A stretch of DNA of 64,000 nucleotides from Acidobacteriota bacterium (GTDB lineage Bacteria; Acidobacteriota; Thermoanaerobaculia; Multivoradales; JAGPDF01), in contig JACTMI010000012.1 of NCBI GenBank assembly GCA_014584695.1, forward strand, positions 40,097 through 104,096, given 5' to 3'. A program made the translations under genes and the position numbers. Positions within the stretch are counted from its first letter, which is position 1; the number at the start of each line of letters is the position of its first letter. Below, one piece after another: positions 62,498 through 64,000 of this stretch. The notes below the pieces were generated by a model, which saw only the letters and a program-made list of their open reading frames with translations, was not told the DNA's origin and ran no database searches.

Positions 62498-64000
62498 TCA
62501 AGCGCCGGCGGTGGGACGGCGCCGGCGGCGCAGCCGCGCGAGACCGAACGCGCCGAGCGCCAGCGCGAGGGCGGCGAGCCCCGCGGCGCCGGCCGCCGGG
62601 ATCTCGAAGGGGGTGCCACCGACCACCGGCACGGCGAGCTCGACGCGGTGGACCTCGATCTCGATCGGTCCGCCGCGCGGATCGGTGGTCCACCCCTTGG
62701 TGACCGCGAGCGCGCGGAAGGCCCGCCGCCAGAGCAGACGGACGGTGACGTCGACCTCGGCGCCGGGGGCGAGCGGCCCCGGCAGCGCGAACTCGACCGT
62801 GGTCACGTCGAGCGCCCCCGACGGGATCAGCGTGTCGGAGTCGACCGCCTCGGCGTCGATGAAGAGCACCGGCCGGACCACCGGCCCCTGGCCGTTGATC
62901 CGCCCCGAGAGCACCTTGGCGAAGCCCTTCCCCGGCAGCCCCGAGAGGTCCCCGGGTTGGGTGCCGGGCACCTCGTCGTCGGCCCACCAGGGGATGGTGG
63001 GGCCGGCGACCTGGGCGAGCGGCTGGCCGTCGAGCGCCGCCTCGATCCAGAGGATCGCGTTGCGCGCCGACAGACCGGTCGGGAAGGAGTGGCCGGCGCC
63101 GAAGTTGTCGACCGTCGCGCTCACCTGCAGCCGGCCGGCGACCTCGACCGCCGAGGCGGTGAGCGCCAGGTTCGCCGCCAGTGTTTCGGGGGTGGTGCCG
63201 ATGAAGGTGTGGCGGCGGCGGTCCCCGGGCGGGCGCTCGATGCCGCCGAAGGCGCAGATCGTGCCGCTCTCGCCGGCCGGCGGCATGTGACAGTCCTGGC
63301 AGGTGCGAAAGCCCGGGCCGGGCTGGGCGAACGGCGAGGCGAGCCACTCGCCGTAAGTGTTCTGGCCCGGCGCGCCGGTGCTCGGATTGGCGTACTGGTG
63401 GCAAGAGGCGCAGAGCAGCGACTGGCGGTGGAGCGTCGAGTGCGAGGCCCGCATGCCGCCGAAGGTGACGTCGTCGAGCGGACCCCAGACGAACGTGTAG
63501 GTGTCGCCGCCGTCCGAATCGGGGAATCGATAGGTCGCCTTGCCGAGGTGATGGAGGGCGTTCAGGTTGCCGGCGTCGACGCTGTCCATCTGGTGGCAGG
63601 TGACGCAGTTGACCCCTTCGGCGCCGTAGGCGGGCAGCGTCGGGTCGTCGAGCATCAGGTTGCCGCCGAGCTCGCGGTCGCGCATCGGCGCGTGACAGGT
63701 GGCGCAGAAGCCGCTGTCGCCCGGGTCGTGGGTGTTCTTGAACACGTAGCCGGCGGCGCCACCCGGCGTGCCGTCGCCGGAGAAGAGGTCGCGCACCCAG
63801 GCGTTCGAGGCGGTGAAGGCGTGGTGCGAAGTCTGCCAGTCGGCGGCCTGGCCGTTGTGGCAGCCGCTGCACACCAGGTAGGAGGCCGGCTCGTAGCCCG
63901 GATCGTCCGTCGAGGGCAGCGGCTCGAGGCGGATCTCGGCGTCGGTCTGGCCGTTGAGCGCGAAGGCGCCGCCGGTCAGGAAGTTCTCGGCGGCGCCGCG
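62498..64000 (-). CDS. Multihaem cytochrome c (at least 5 CxxCH) with a C-terminal tripartite sorting signal; 5' end lies outside the window
   Basis: The frame stays open to nt 64000; my translation upstream of the track start reads ...EPASYLVCSGCH. The haem sites are CSGCH, CATCH, CVTCH, CASCH and CQDCH. The C-terminus is FEIPAAGAAGLAALALALGAFGLARLRRRRRPTAGA, that is, a short motif, a TM helix and an Arg cluster. Confidence 0.8.
   Translation of the reverse strand, partial: RGAAENFLTGGAFALNGQTDAEIRLEPLPSTDDPGYEPASYLVCSGCHNGQAADWQTSHHAFTASNAWVRDLFSGDGTPGGAAGYVFKNTHDPGDSGFCATCHAPMRDRELGGNLMLDDPTLPAYGAEGVNCVTCHQMDSVDAGNLNALHHLGKATYRFPDSDGGDTYTFVWGPLDDVTFGGMRASHSTLHRQSLLCASCHQYANPSTGAPGQNTYGEWLASPFAQPGPGFRTCQDCHMPPAGESGTICAFGGIERPPGDRRRHTFIGTTPETLAANLALTASAVEVAGRLQVSATVDNFGAGHSFPTGLSARNAILWIEAALDGQPLAQVAGPTIPWWADDEVPGTQPGDLSGLPGKGFAKVLSGRINGQGPVVRPVLFIDAEAVDSDTLIPSGALDVTTVEFALPGPLAPGAEVDVTVRLLWRRAFRALAVTKGWTTDPRGGPIEIEVHRVELAVPVVGGTPFEIPAAGAAGLAALALALGAFGLARLRRRRRPTAGA

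Noticed and set aside
61645-62619. Calling the 8-TM protein an exosortase, rhombosortase or CPBP protease, and using the track start at 62619.
   Set aside because: I could not find catalytic Cys/Arg/His, GxSG/His, or the His-containing CPBP motifs. The start at 62619 would overlap the cytochrome gene by about 120 nt, whereas the GTG at 62463 does not.

Overview
Very GC-rich bacterial chromosomal window (roughly 70% or more by eye, not computed), densely coded with about 55 genes. All calls come from reading the supplied translations and the DNA; no database search was possible. High GC fills the ORF track with long antisense or out-of-frame ORFs, which I discarded. The combination of a fused ccoNO, an ECF sigma factor coupled to a Ser/Thr kinase, and many exported hydrolases suggests an Acidobacteriota-like organism, but this is only an inference.

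Gene content from left to right:
- A PDZ-GAF-GGDEF diguanylate cyclase.
- A glycolytic operon, gap-X-pgk-tpiA-secG-tRNA-Leu(GAG), with an unexpected membrane or coiled-coil gene X translationally coupled to gap.
- A quinone-detoxification-like operon (ring-cleaving dioxygenase, carboxylesterase, cupin).
- An aminotransferase and a NYN/OST-HTH protein.
- A complete cbb3 oxidase cluster: ccoI-ccoS-ccoNO(fused)-ccoQ-ccoP-ccoG.
- An OPT peptide transporter and ubiX.
- A TetR-controlled ABC/HlyD efflux operon with a textbook promoter and operator.
- Several very large exported proteins: a beta-helix protein, a lysyl-endopeptidase-like protease, an M13 peptidase, a propeller/PKD/di-haem peroxidase giant, and an FG-GAP protein.
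- A small nucleotidyltransferase two-gene module.
- Two glycosyltransferases.
- An ECF sigma factor coupled to a Ser/Thr kinase.
- ubiA, then a lower-GC island encoding a multi-CarboxypepD_reg protein.
- Two pilT paralogs, one with an MshEN-like N-domain.
- A 5'-truncated multihaem cytochrome c with a tripartite C-terminal sorting signal.

Most interesting observations:
1. A short C-terminal tail, LFADGFESGDxxxW, recurs on five unrelated exported proteins. It is a candidate uncharacterised sorting or secretion tag.
2. Two tandem genes carry three copies of an unrecognised domain of about 120-140 aa.
3. A 202-nt rod-like inverted-repeat element lies in an intergenic region.
4. Four 33-nt hairpin-forming tandem repeats sit inside the 3' end of ccoS.
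5. A PilT ATPase is fused to an MshEN-like domain.
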